From a virus (taxonomy: Duplodnaviria; Caudoviricetes): DNA of 64,000 nt. The notes under the pieces are model-generated. The model saw only the letters and a list, made by a program, of their open reading frames with translations. It made no database searches and was not told the origin of the DNA. The stretch lies in IMG/VR virus record IMGVR_UViG_3300025575_000001, positions 34,997 to 98,996 of that record; one strand, written 5' to 3'. The position numbers and the translations under genes were made by a program. Each line of letters starts with the position of its first letter. Positions within the stretch are counted from its first letter, which is position 1. This document shows, one piece after another, positions 30,292 to 44,900 of the stretch.

Positions 30292-30329
30292 AAAGGGAGA
30301 GTCTAAACAACTCCCCCTTTCTTTTTTTT
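30290..30329. terminator. bidirectional terminator at the convergence of the two arms
   Basis: AAAAGGGAGAGT...ACTCCCCCTTT hairpin with A-tract upstream and a long T-tract downstream. Confidence 0.75.
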
Positions 30330-30347
30330 ACTACTCGCTTGTTCAGA

Positions 30348-33300
30348 TTATTGAACCTTCAAGAATACTAATGCTTGATCTGGATTAAATACCTTATACA
30401 ATGTTCTATTCATTGGAACTGTTTCTAACCAGAATTTCTCACCCTTATACATTCCTTTATACCTACCAGATTGAATCTTATCACCATAATTGACTACATT
30501 AAATACATCCAAGACTCTCTATACATAATCACTAGCAGCAGCAGGTGATTTAACAATTGTAAACAACTGTTTGGGTAACAACCATGTAGGAGTCATAGCC
30601 CCTATTTCAGTCTAAAGACGTCTCATTTCATATTCAGCAAATTGACTAAACCACGTATCTTCATCAGGCCATTCAATTAATCCAAGAGCTAGTGTTAAAG
30701 ATGCAAATGTACCTAATTCAGCAAGTGCTCTTTTAATATTACCTTTTTCTAACTTACTTAATTCACTCCATTTCTCACTCATAAGTGCAAACTAGAATCC
30801 TTTTAAATCCTTAGCAAATTGACCCATAAAGTTAAAGAATGATCTATAATATCCCTCAGTCCAATCACCTGCCTAGTAGTTATATTGAGCCTTACCAGCT
30901 CTTCTGTTCCATGCAGCGGGCATCCATTTCCTAAACATATAAGCCAATCGCATAATTGCATGTTTTTGACTCATATTCATGTCCTATTTATTATAAATCC
31001 CCTAGAGTGATTGATTCACATATTTGATTCTATTGTAGATTTCATCTCTATCTTTACTAGTAAATTCACTTCCATCCATTTTGGTGTAACCCTATTTGAC
31101 AACAATCTTACCCCCCAATCTCAAATCATTCCCTTTTACAGGAACTACTTCCATTGCATCAATTAAATCAACTTCTTTACCAGATGAATCTTTCATTTTA
31201 ATCTTACTCAACATTGCTAATCCTGAAACACTAGACATCTAATGTTCACCAGCACGAGTAAGGAAGAAGAGGGTGCTTGTATTCATAAATCTTGCTAGAC
31301 CCTTTTGATCCATCTATAATTCATGTGCTCTTCCTTCTGCATCCTATGATATATTAAAGTACTCAATTAGAAGTGACAACTTATCAGTTTTGATTCTGTT
31401 TCCAATATTTCCTAAAAGCTGGGGTAACATTTGTGTATAAGTCTTATTTGCTTTAGCTAAATCTTTTACATTGTAATACTAACCAGCAACAGCTTCAATC
31501 ATCATCATTACATTACCCGTCAATAAGTTAGAAGTACCAGCTAATCCATTCAATGCTAGATTGTTAAGTGAAGTCATTCTATTGACAAAATCTGCAGTTT
31601 TAGCTTTATCTATTTTACTATTACCAAATGTGCCTTCATCCTCTTTAAATCTACCATAAATCTACATGTCCATATAGTCATTGAATTTAGCTAACATGTT
31701 AGAGGCATCAGCATTTTTAGTCATCTTATTGCTAAATTCTCTACCAAATCCTTGAATAGTTTGCATAATAGGTTTACCATTTTCAGTCATATCAACTACT
31801 CTCTATTTCATTAGATCTCTAGTTAATTCTAAAAGATGAACGGCTTGATTCATTTCATTGAATTCAACAGCCATACTTGCATACGCAGCTAATGAAGAAG
31901 TAGCATCTGTGGATAAATCATCCATATTATCTAATTTACCTACAAAGTAAATTGGAAGAGTCATTACTTTATTTCCTTCAAAATCAAGTAAATTCTTTGT
32001 ATCCGCAAGTCCTTCACCCCCAAATTCAATATCCTTTTCTCTCCTATACAATAGATCCTTAGCACTCTCTTTAACTGTATTCATTGCACCCTTCACAGAT
32101 TTAGCACCTTTAATACGTTCAATCAGATCCTTACGAATCTAAACAGCATTGTAGTTATTTCTACTTCCTTGAGGTAAAAATGAATCCAATTCTTTTTTAA
32201 TACGCATGAAGTCATTATAATAATCTTTTTCTGCTTTACTTAGTTTGTTATATTTATTAGAGGAGTATATGTTTTTAGTGGGTAGAGTATCTTCGCCAAT
32301 CTTTTCAGTATTAACCTAGTACCAATCATATAAATCTTTCTATCTACCTTCCCACTATTCTTGAGTAGGATGTACTCCGTATTTGACATCTAATTCTTTT
32401 TTATATTTATCTTTAGCTAATTCAAAAGCAGTATAGTCTAATTCAGCAATGTATTTACCAGTCAAATTACCATTCTTATCTCTATCATGTATAAAATCAG
32501 TATTTTTGATTCCTGCATCCTCTAGAGTCTTCTACATAGCCTATAACTCTTTCATATAGTCTAACGTCCTTCTGATTGAATTCTATTTAAATGAGTCAAC
32601 AGAATGATTAAATAATCTTAACATCTAATCAGATGAATCTGCCATAGAGTCCATCCATCTATCGAAGAATCCAATGTCTTGCGAGGAGTGGTCCAATAAT
32701 TCTTCTAGAGTAAGAGTTTGTCCTTTTAATTTACCCATCTTCATCACTAATGAATCTCCTACAAATGGTCTAAGGAAGTCTAATACTAAATCCCTACTAA
32801 AATCTCTATATTGTACCTCTAAATAAGTACATAAATCTGACAATTCATTTAATTCTTTTTTGAATTCAGTAGAGTATTGATTAGTCTTTTCAACATCATC
32901 TCTAACCATCTCTTCTTTTAACTCTTTTACACTTCGAGTATATGAAGCAGTGAAATTCTTAATAGTCCTAAGCATTGCAGCCATTTGATTTGTAGTAGTT
33001 GCTCCACTATTACCTTCACCCATTCTAACAAAAGCAGCTTGATGAGATTTTAATTCTTCCGCAGCATTGGTAATAAATGTATATAATCCTTTTGCAAACT
33101 ATTTATTTTCAATATCTGCATCTAATTCATTAATGTAATCTCTCTATAATTCATCTACAATTCCATGTACAGCTCTTTTTTCAGCAATACGCCTCTATTT
33201 AATCTTATTCTAAATGACATTAGTAAGAATCTCTTCTTGTTTCTTCACTCTATCCTCTAGAGCAAACAATTTAGTCTATTGTCTAGATATATTTTTCAAA

Positions 33301-34373
33301 TCAATCTTATCAGCCATTCTATTAGCCAATAAATCCTATGCGAATTCACCAACTTCTTGATTAACTTGTTCAATTGCTTTCTATAAATCCTATTCTAAAC
33401 CCTTCTTACCATTGAAGAATTGTTTAATTGCATCAAAGAAACGAGTTAATAGACTCTTATATGGTGTATTAGGAATTGGTTCATTTTTGATCCAGTGTTT
33501 AGATACTAATTGACCAAGTGCTTCTTTAGCTAAGAGAAATCTATCTCCTTCATATTGAGCATCATATGCATCATAAGCTGTACCTAAAACCTCTTCAACC
33601 ATTCCTTCCTGTCCAAGTAGATTAATTAACCTCTTGACTACAGGATGATTATCCCCAAGTAACTCAATAAAAGCATGAGCGAATTCTTCAGGGATGGCCT
33701 TTTGACCTCTTTCATCTCTACTTACTCTAATAGTCTCTAGGAGCCCATCTACAGTCTTTTTAGCTGTCAATGTATCCATAACTCCATTAATACCCATCTA
33801 CTCTTCTACCTCAGTTAAAAAGCCATCTGAGATGCCATATTGCTTACCTAACTCTCTTAGTTTTGTATTCAATGCAATATTGACATCCTAATCCTTCTCT
33901 AAGTTTCTCTAAGAGTATAATACAGTAGCATATGGATCATCTTTACCTTCTATTACTTTTATATGACGTTTTCCATTAGTGGCTAAATTAGACTTCATAT
34001 GATAAGATAAGGCTAAAGGGTTGTTAGGATTATTAAATCTTTTTACAATTTCTCTAGCATTCTCCATAGTATAGTTCTTTACCTTATTATTTGAACCATA
34101 TCTACCCCACTAATGATCTAATTCATCTATATAAGATTCCTATGATTGCAACTCCATCATTACTTTGACAGGCCCCAATAGGAATTCACCATTTTCATCT
34201 ACAGGTAAAACCTCTTTATATCCATCTATTTTTGCTGGGTCTACTAAACCTTTATAAATCTGTGTCGCTCTCTCATAGGTGGTAGATTGGAGTAGACCTC
34301 TATTTAGTCTACTCTCAATCTTATTACCATTCCTATCAGTGATCGTCATAATTGTTATACATGACTCTCCCAT
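30348..34373 (-). CDS. large virion cargo/ejection protein (about 1341 aa, TAG=Gln)
   Basis: Track fragments 34140, 33390, 32625 and 31803 are in one frame and end in TAG. TAA is at 30348. Contains zincin-like EEFAH and a hydrophobic segment near the C-terminus. Confidence 0.8.
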
Positions 34374-34378
34374 ATTAA

Positions 34379-37300
34379 TTATTTTTTACAAAATGTTTGC
34401 CCGTTTTCATCAGTAGGCTCATGAGTACTATTATTAACTTCTTTTTTAATTTCATCCATTTTCTATCTAAGGAATGAACTAGTTGTTGATTCACCTATAT
34501 GAGGAGCTGGAGGAGTTACATCTTCAAATCCTTCCATAGGCATTGTTTCTGGTCCTTCAACATCATCCTCTTCATATCCCTTGTATTTAGGATCAATCTA
34601 TGATTCCATATCTTCCATGTTTAATCCATTTTGATATTCAAGGAATTTATTAGGAATTCCTATTGGATTTTCTATGAGAGAATACTAAGTAATATATGTA
34701 TCAGATCCTAACAATTCAGTATCTCCATATTTGCTATAGTAATATTCAACTCCATTTAATTTTTTCATGATTATAGGAAAACTAATTCCTTTTCTAATCA
34801 TAATTTGTCCATTTCTAGATTCATCTACAGGTGTCTAAATTTGAATTGCTTCATTTAACTCTTTATTTCCATTAATAAATACAGAATCATCAATCTCATT
34901 CATTTCAGGAACAAACTTTCTCAGATTTCTATGATTCATTAGAAATTGATTTACAAATCTATCATAAGCATGTTTATCCTCTTTCATCAAATTCAATTTA
35001 ATCAAGGTTCTTCTATAATTTGGAATTGCCAATCTAACATTTACAGGAGCAAGATGAATAAAACTAGTTGGTCCAAATGCGAATCCGTTTCTAAAATAAC
35101 TATAAGCTAATAAGTCAGTTGCTAATTTCTTAGCCTCATCTCCCATAGATAACAATGAATCCCAATCTCTTGTTACACTGTCTTTCTAATTAGGTGATAG
35201 AGAACCTACATTACTAAATTTTATAATCTTTTTACCCTTATCATCAGTTCTAACTTTTAATCCCTATATAAGAACTAATTCACCAATTTCCTTATTAGAA
35301 GTTTTTAATTTCTCAAATTCATCAGGGAATTTATTAATATAATAGTCTCTCTTAACTTGAGCTTCTTGAGCAGTTTTGCCCCCAAAGAATTCCAATTCAG
35401 AAGTGATGTATACAAATAAATCATTGTAAATCTATTTAACCTATTTAGCAGTTAAACTCCCTTTAGAGAATTCAAATGTTTTAGTCAAATTCTTAATCGC
35501 CTTAATTACTTGTCTAAAAGATTCTTTTGCATATGGGTAGTATTGACTCAAGAGCAATTCAGAAGTTTCTAATCCCAGAGTATAATTAGCCTAAACCATT
35601 GGTAAAGTACTCTCATTGATTGTATCTCTTAGTCTAGCAATATTCTCTTTTTTAGAGAGACTTCTATCTTTTAATATATCAACTTTAATCAATTTAGCTC
35701 CTTCAAGAGGAAAATTCTTACTATCAGTTTCTTCCATCAAATCAGTAACATCATCAATTTTTAAATCTGTATCTGCTTGGCCGGGTCCTGTTGAACCCCC
35801 ACTTGTATCACTACGCATAGATGAAACCACTCGTGAAAGAACCTATCCAGTACTGTATGAAGTCTTAAATGCATTAGCTATCTTCAATTGGAATACATAA
35901 TACTATTTATGTTCAGCAGGAGTTAACTCTTCTCCATTTGCAATAGCATTTCCATAAACAATTGCTGTAGCCATATCACTTTGAGATAAATCTGAATTGG
36001 TGTAATCCTATTCTGTTGTAGTATAATCTGTTTTATAAGTTTTACCAAAGAATTCTTCAATAGTCTTTTTAATTGCATCTCTTTTACTTATTCCACTATC
36101 ACTCAATAGTTCATAAGTATTAGTCATTTCAATTACAATTGGCTATGACAAAAACAAACCAACTGTTCCATGAGTATGACCTAATCTGAGTAACAATGAA
36201 GCTAAATCAGCTGTAAATCCATTCAAATTTAAATCACTTAATACAGGATCTTTTACAGCATCTACAGAAGCAGCTACAGGTTCAGAAGTATTTCTACTAA
36301 TATACTATCTATGTTTATTAAAAATTTCATGCAAACTTAAATATAATTCACCTCCAATTTTAACCCCAAATTCTTTTTTAACCGCTAATTTGGTTCCTTG
36401 AATGACTGCATGATTAGCATTGTGATTAGCAAATATACCAATTAATGCACCAGCAGTGTGATTCTATTTGTGAAAATAAGTCTGAGTTGATGGACTAAGT
36501 GGGTCTAATTTCTCTTTGTACTTCTCAGCCATTTGATTTAGAGTTTCTAAACCTAAACTATTCAAGTATTTAGGAACATTTGCTACTTCTTTTTCATCAA
36601 TGACTTTAAAAAATCCTTTTTCTATAGCAATTGCTTCAAATTCTCTATATTCAGCAAGTTTCAATCCTTTATTAATAGTTACAACTCTAGCTGATTTCTT
36701 TAATCCATCAAATGCTCCAGGATTAATCATATTCTATACAGTATCAGGATTGGTTAAAATCCCCCACATGATGTCAATAATTTGATTGTTTCTGGCTTTT
36801 AAACTATTAATTAATGATGGATTTTCTAAAGCGGCTTTTTTAAATTCTTCCCAAGATTGTAAACCTTTTTCTTCAGCAATCTATTTTACATTATCAGCAT
36901 TAATATCTTTTAACTCTGTAACATATTTTATATATGTGATATAATGATTTAATGTAGGTGTTTCTTCAAATTTAACTTTTTCAATTATTTCACCAAGAAA
37001 ATATTTAGATTCACCATTTTCATCTTTTAAATCCCTACTTTCTAACCAATTTTCAAATACTTTATATTCATTACTTTCTTTATCAAGTTTATCTGCGTTT
37101 TCCTTATAAGTTAAATTTTTAATAGTTTTAAACTACTCTCTATTTTCTTTAGGATCAACCCCCATTTGCTACATAAGTTCTGTAACGAATTTATTTCTAT
37201 CATATTTTTTAATTGTATTAAATTCCTAAAACATTGCATACAATTTGTCCACGTCAAAATCTAACCCAGCAATAGTAGTTACCTCTTTAGGCATCATTAT

Positions 37301-40300
37301 TGCACTACCAGAATTTCCAGGCAAGAAACCTTTAATATATAAAGGAAACATTGAATATTTATTCTCAGTTGGAATCCTATAACCAATCAGTTTCCTCAAT
37401 TCATCTGGGAGTACTTTTAATGGATTACCATTCTTGTCTTTGAGATTCTTATGAACAGCATCTACATCCAACAGACCTGTTTTAGGGTCCATGAGAGCTT
37501 CAAAGTATTCAGAGGAATACCAAGGCATATAACATTCAATATATTCAATATATTTCTCACCATTGTCATTAGTTGCCCATTTGATGTTTAAATCATCATG
37601 AACTCCCCAAGAAGTCACATGAACTAATGAACCACCTTTAGTCTTCTATTTAGTAATCTCATTTTTAATTCCTGAATGCAGTAAACTCGATGTACGATCT
37701 GAATGAATCTAATCACTATAAGGAAGTGTAGGAAATCCATCTTCAGCAAGTTCAAGAGCTTTAGCCATTTCTGGACTATATCTCTTACTTCCATTGACTT
37801 CTTTCTTTAATGTATCATTAACTGCTTGTTTATCTCTGAGACTATCTACAGTCCTGTAGAATGAGCCTAATAGATTCTCAACATTTAAAGCGGCATATAT
37901 CTATGTGATCTAATCCTTTGTATAATCTTTTCCATTAACCTTATAAATCTAATTTGGATTTAAATCAGATAGAATCAATTTCCTAATCTAAGTACCAAAC
38001 CCTTGTGTAGTATCCATGTAGTGACTAGGTACAGGCTGTACAAGTGCATAATCATCGTAAGGAATACTATGGACTATCTATGGATTATATCGTCCTACAT
38101 TAGAGCTAATTGATTCCTATAGGTATCCTTTAATTGCTTCTTTAGTAGTAAATTCATGCACATCCAATGCACCCTATCCACCTACTTTTACAGCACTAGA
38201 GAACTAAACTACATCAATCTGATTCTCTTCCATAAATTCTTCAATAGCCGAGAGCTAAGGAGACTTCTTAAGTATGTTAGAGAAGATTAATAGAAATTCT
38301 GCATTCTTATTTTGTATAGGAGTTCTAAGTAACTATTCCTTATTGATCCCAGTTGCTTCATCTTTTACTAATCCTTGATTAGCTATTTGAGTATAGACAA
38401 ATGGTTTTTTAGGTTGCCAAATTGTATTGAAATCATTTGCATCAAATTTGACATCCTCCCCTTTTTGCATCTTTTTGAGTTTATCAAAAACTCTCTGCAT
38501 CTCAGGAGTCCATTGTCCAGACATATCCATGATTGCTCTATAAGAGGATAAACTCCTATATGCTTGAGCATCAGTTACTTCTACTTGATTCTCATTCTTA
38601 TCATTAGTACTATACTTCTCTAAAATCAAATCTCTATCCTTTGCAGTCATTGTGCCTTTTTTGACAAATGCATCAAGAGCTTCTTTAATATCTGCTAAAG
38701 TATTTGAAACTGATTTGAAATCCTTGAGAAATATTGTATTCTCAATAGTTCTACCATGTTCTGACTATGTATCCAATCTTAATCCTGGAGTATGAATCTG
38801 TTTCATACGTTTCTATACATCTCCTAGATTCTTGTAGTAAGCTAAGTCAGTAGTAGTGATTTGAAGCATTTGTGATTGAGCAAACCTTTGATTCCAAAAG
38901 TAATTCCTCAATTCCTTTTCAGCATTTTCAACACTACTTAGATTCTATAGATGTTTAAGAGTCTTTCCATCATCAGTCATTTTAAATAGACCAATCTTTC
39001 TATATCTCTTCTTTTCCTATTCATACAATAAATCTGTTTCTACTTTAATTGTATCTTTTAGAAATTTAGTAAACTTTTCAACAGTATCAGGCATTACTGA
39101 TTTTAAATCTATTGATTCTTGATAGGTATCAAATTCTTTAATATACTTGTCTAAGAATGGTAAGAATTGGAATTCTAATCCTTTTGTTTCAAAATTATCA
39201 ATAGGAGCAATCTATCCTTTAGCAATTTGATTCTGTCTATTTCTAACCATTTTAATCCTATCATACTCCTACATAGCAACATCATAGAATCCATCTAAAA
39301 GAGATTCTTCCCAATTCTTGCTAGTCTAATCATTGTATTTATGAAATCTTACAAATTCTGCAGAAGGTGCATCAGCTAAAATGAATTGAGGAAACCATGC
39401 TACTTTATTAGTAGTATCGATTGTATTTGAGTATTCATTAATCATCATTATTGTATGATCTAATGCACTCAATTTAGAGTATTCCTTTTTATTGTAGTTC
39501 AATACAACCTTGTGTGAAAATAACTCTCTCGATTTTGCATCAGTGGCTAAATCTCTTAACCACGCATTTCTATATTTACCATTTTGATAAAACCAATTGT
39601 ACTATTCATACTCTTTTGCAAAGAACTCTTTTAATTCTTCATCTGAGTATTCAGTTCCTTTCAACTTATTCATCAAATCTGCCATATATGAAGGAGCTGT
39701 AAATGAGTAGTAACTCTTCTAATTCTCATAGACAGAACTTCTCATTAACTATGTATTAGACCTCTATAGGATTTCTGCAATTCCCTTGTAATCAGCAGCA
39801 TATGCATTAATGAAATCTAAATGAGTTGCTTTACTTCTATCTAACCCATTAGTTATTCGCACCAAATTGTCTAACATTTTAGTAAACATATGATTTATGG
39901 TCATAGTCATGCCAGGAACATTTGGTGATTTAGGTATGTATTGAAGTGCTTCTAAGAGAGAAGTTATATCTGTATCAACTCCTAAAGCTCCTAAGATGTC
40001 TTTAATCTTACCAATGTTGTTATTGACATATTTGGTAATCTCTTCAATTGATTTACCTTTAATATCATCAACCATACCATCTATTTTAGGCTAATCATCG
40101 GTTTCTTTCTATCCTACAAGAGTAAGTTTAAGTGTTGCAAGATTGTCTCTATCAATGTTTCCAGCATCATCATAGACTGAATTGAATGATAGTAAGGTTT
40201 TACTCTCCATAATTGCTCTCCATTCATCTAAGAAATAAGCCACTCCATCGGGTTTATTCAACTCTTTAGTCATATAGGTATAAGACCCATCAGCCATTTT

Positions 40301-41947
40301 CTTACGAATTTGAACCCAATAGGACATAAACACTTTTCTAAAATCTTGATAGAATATACTATGTAACTATTGATTATCTTCAAGAGCTTTGACAATACTA
40401 TTAACCCAAGGTTTAGTTTTGGCTAATCTATTGAGTATAGGAATCATTTGACTTGATTTAGTCATACCACTCAATTGTTCAATTAGAACTCCGTGAGAGA
40501 CCTCAGAATCAAGGTATCTAGGCATATCTAAATCATCTAAATCTTCCCTTCCCTTAAAATCTAATTTAGGGATTTCCATGAGGATCTTCCTAGTCTATTG
40601 ACTCAATGCTTGTAGGGGATCAATGAATTTGTGTTTAATCATCCATCCATCCTTTACAGGTTCTTCATCGTCATTAGTCTATTCAACTCCATCAATGTCA
40701 TCTGTAAGTGATTCAGGTATATCTTCGTCTTTATTTGGTTTGATTGTTTGCAATTGACCATTCATGAATTTAATATCAACAGCTTCGTGATCTGCAAGAA
40801 TCCTTGGAGTTTCTCTAATTAATAAATCAAAATTGTCAACTATTTTTTGTAGTTCCCCCATCTAATATTCTGTAAAAGTATCAGCATTTTGACTCTGTTC
40901 AATGAAGTAATCCTTTGTCTCCTCATAAATTGCACTTATACCATATTCATCAATGATTTCTTGTCTTGTAGAATTAGGTCTAAGTTGTTTTTGAATTGCA
41001 TCAACAGTATTACTAAATTCCCTAGCTACTAGATTAACCCTATCAATTCGCATTTCTGGTCTGTAGAGTCGGTCTAACTCATTAGTGATTGTGATTTCTT
41101 TAATGTGTACAATTTCTTTGGCTACTTGTTCAATTGCTTTCTATTCAATATTGTTACTTACCTATTTTTGAGAATTTATGGTCTAAGACACATTTTCAAC
41201 AATTGTATTGTAGTGTATTATTCTGTTTGGTATATATACGTCATTTTTTCCATAACCAGTTAATTCTATTTTATTTATATCGAATTTAGTAGCAACTATA
41301 TCAAGTATATATTTTACAGCATTATTATAATATCCAAATAATTCAATATATCTAGCAGCATCTATATGATTTTGAGGTAAAATCATATTTAATTTTTTTA
41401 ATTCGTCACTACTAGATTTTAATGTGCCTATAATATCATTAATTTCTTTAATCTCAATATTATAGTTATTTTTTAATGTATCTAAGACAGTTAATAATTT
41501 ATTATAAGTGTAATTTCCAACAAGATCTTCTATATTACTCCTAAGTCTACTTGTTCCAAATTTTTCAACAGGAAGTTGTTCTACAAATTTAAGTATGTCC
41601 TCTTCTGAAAATTGTTTAAATTCTTCTTTTTTTATAGTATATGGATCACCTAAATATTCATATACATTATTACCATCTTGCTCAATTTTAAATACATAGC
41701 CAACTCCTTCTTTAACTTCCTCTACATTTTCTATAGGAGTTTTAGTAAGAGTGGGTTGGATTGATTCATCCACATTATTAGCAATCCCCAAATAATCCTT
41801 AAATTCTTCTTCTACAGGAAAATGTCCATCAGCAAACAGATCCATCTAAGTTCCTATTTTAGCAGCAGCTACAACAGGATCTAGTCCTGTTGCTTTTGCT
41901 AAACTAATTACATCTTTATTTTTATACGGTAAACAATTATTTCCCAT
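34379..41947 (-). CDS. virion-packaged DNA-dependent RNA polymerase (about 2522 aa, TAG=Gln)
   Basis: Eleven track fragments share one frame from ATG 41947 to TAA 34379. Motifs VTDAQAY, GYRIPTENKYS and the catalytic GLDFDVDK. Confidence 0.9.
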
Positions 41948-41953
41948 TATTTA

Positions 41954-44900
41954 TTATTTTATACAATTGAGTTCATGTTCCTTTTCTTCTTGAGTTAATG
42001 CATCAAATGACTCATTAGTAAAACCTTTTTTCACTAGAGGACCTTTTAAATTACTTTCAAGACTTGCAAAGTTAGGTATTTTTTTCGACAATTCCTAATT
42101 TTTTAGAACATTTGTTTGACTATTTTTGAAATCAGTTGATTTTTCTCCATAACTTCCCATAAGATTTGGATCTCTTTTCAGTTTGATGCCGAGAGGAGAA
42201 GAGGAAGGGGTGCTTTTAGTCTCTGATTCATTTGATTTTTCAGTAGGTACATTCTATTTATAAACCAGTGTATTTACATTCAATATAGATCCATCCTAAA
42301 CTTTCCATTCGTCTTTACTAACTTTATGATTCTATTCAAAATCAGTTCCAAATTTACCATTGACTCCGTCTCTAATATAGGCTAAATCAAGTATTGGTTT
42401 TGTTACAATTTTACTTGTAATCACTTCACCATTTGAATCAGTTACTACACCGTTGTCTACAAAATAATCAGTACCACCTTTAGTTACTTTAGTTCCTTTA
42501 ATTACACTTTCAGATTCAACTACTGGATTTGTTTTAGGAAGTGATTTCACTTGTAAAACTATCCCATTAGTCTATAAACTAGGTGCTACGAAGTCAATAG
42601 GAGTCCCTGATGGCGTTTTAGCCTATATATAGAACCATACTGTCTATACACCTGATTTAACCATAGAAGTCTTTAAAACATTACTATCGTATAACTCTTC
42701 ATTGTATCCAGGAGTATTAATCTTAGACGCATCTACATTGAATAGAATATCATTCTTGTATAGGGATTCATAAATCTAATCCTTGATAGATTCAACATCA
42801 TTTCTAGCTAAATTCTTTGGTGGGTATACTTTGTTTGGATTTTTATCTTGTTCAGTTAACCAAATTTTATCAACTCCAGTTTCTCTGTATATTCCGTCAA
42901 CCCCTAATTCTTCTTTTCTAATAATTAGAGTAGATTTATCCTTGCTTAATCCAATGTGAATGGCCTATTTATTTGAACTAATGGCTGTTTTTTTATCCTT
43001 TGCCATTTTACTTTCACCTAAAAATAAGGCCTCAGATAATTCATCATAACCATCTTTAACATCTTCAGGTTGTTGAGCTTTTGCTAATGTATTAACGGCT
43101 TTATCAATCTACTGGAACATTGGGTTAGCCTATGTAGTGACATCTGCTCTATCAAATTCTTTTTTATTAAATGTCTTTACAGTCAATGGTACAGATGCAT
43201 AATTTCCATCAGCCATCTTCTCATGCATATAAACCATCCCAGGTTTATTAGGAGGAGTTATTTTGTTTACTGGAACAGTTGAGTGATCAAAATAGAATGC
43301 TAATCCTGTAGAAGCAATCGAGAATACTAAATTCTTCTTATCCACGTTTTTAGTTGTGTCATTTAAATCAGTATCCTTACCTCTTTTCTATTCAACATAT
43401 CCACCATTGACTTTACCAATCTTTGTGGTTTCAGTAATCTTGCCAGTCTCAGCATATTCTTTTTCAATTCTATCTCTAAGTTCTGTTAATCCAGTAAAGT
43501 CACCAGATTTCTTATACCCATGAAGACTACCAATGATTTGATTATTTGGCCCATGAGTAATAAATATAGTATCAGCATGAGATGATTTCTTTTTTCTAAA
43601 TTCAGGATCAATCATAAATCCAATTGTATCTCCTTCTTTTATATTGAATTCACCTTTTTCATTAGGTTTATTTAAATAATCCCAAGTACCCTAATTAGTA
43701 AAGTGGTCATATTTAGATGCATCATGTGGAAATATATCTTTGTGAGGAATAAAATTACCTTTTTTCTTTTCATTTACATCAAATTCAGGTATTTCATTCC
43801 AATAGACTTGATGATTTTGTCCTTTTATCTTTGCTTCTAGTTGAGGAGTTGGTGTAATAGAAATCTTTAATTTATCAAGTACAGTATCTTCAAAGAGAAC
43901 TTCATATTTTTGTATAATTGGACCATCTTCTGTTTTTCCAGTAATTCTTATAGTTCCAGTAATTTTACCTTGATTGTTTCTTCCACGAATTTCCAATACT
44001 ACTATTTTAGTAATATCTATATCTTCAAAAGATCCCCTCCATTCTGAATCTATATCTGTTAATTCTATAGAAGGGGTTGTTGTATTAGTGTATTTAATGA
44101 CTTTTACTGTATTTACTTTAGGAACTGAAATAATACCACCTTCATTAGTCTATGGAGCTACAGGAGTTAAATCTTTTCCAGGAACAGGTTCTATTAATGC
44201 AACAATTTGTGCATCATATTTAGCCATAATTTCTTTATATTCTGCACTAACATTTTCCCCATTTTGCAAACCCATTCCATCAGGGTATTTTGCTGAATAA
44301 ATATTTGTCCAATCAATGGCATATGTACTACTTGAACTAGCTAATTCAACATTTTTACCAAATGTAACTTCTAATTCCTTACGTCTGGCTCTATTGATTT
44401 CATCAATTTCAGAAGTTTGTTCCATAGGAGTTTCTGTTTTATCCACTTTACCTATAGGAATTTCCTATAAATTATCTGTACTAATAGCATTTATTTTAGC
44501 ATTTGCTATACTCTATTTAACTAATTTCTCAACAGCAAGAGATTCTTCGGGTGTAATCATTGCTCCACTTTTCAAAACTACATCATCAAATAAATTTTTA
44601 GTTATTTGATTTTCATCAAAAAGTTCTTCTTTACTATTAGTTTTTTTAAGGAGACGGTCAAATATCTATTGTGCCCCCTCTTTAACTGCAGGAGATTCTC
44701 GTGTTTTATTTATCTAATCTTTAACTGTAAGTGCATTTAAACTTAAATCCTTATGCTATTTAGCAAATTGATTTCCTGATACAACCATTTGATTATTGAA
44801 ATCAGCAGCATCATCCTTATTAGTGAAGGTAGTATTTAAGTAGTCTTTATATTCATCATAAGTAGTAAATTTATCAACTACATTCTTTTTATCTTTGATT

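Noticed and set aside
41183-41845. 220-aa TAG-free ORF as an independent gene inside the RNAP locus
   Set aside because: It is in frame with ATG 41947 and the downstream RNAP fragments and has few Gln residues, so the lack of TAG is uninformative.
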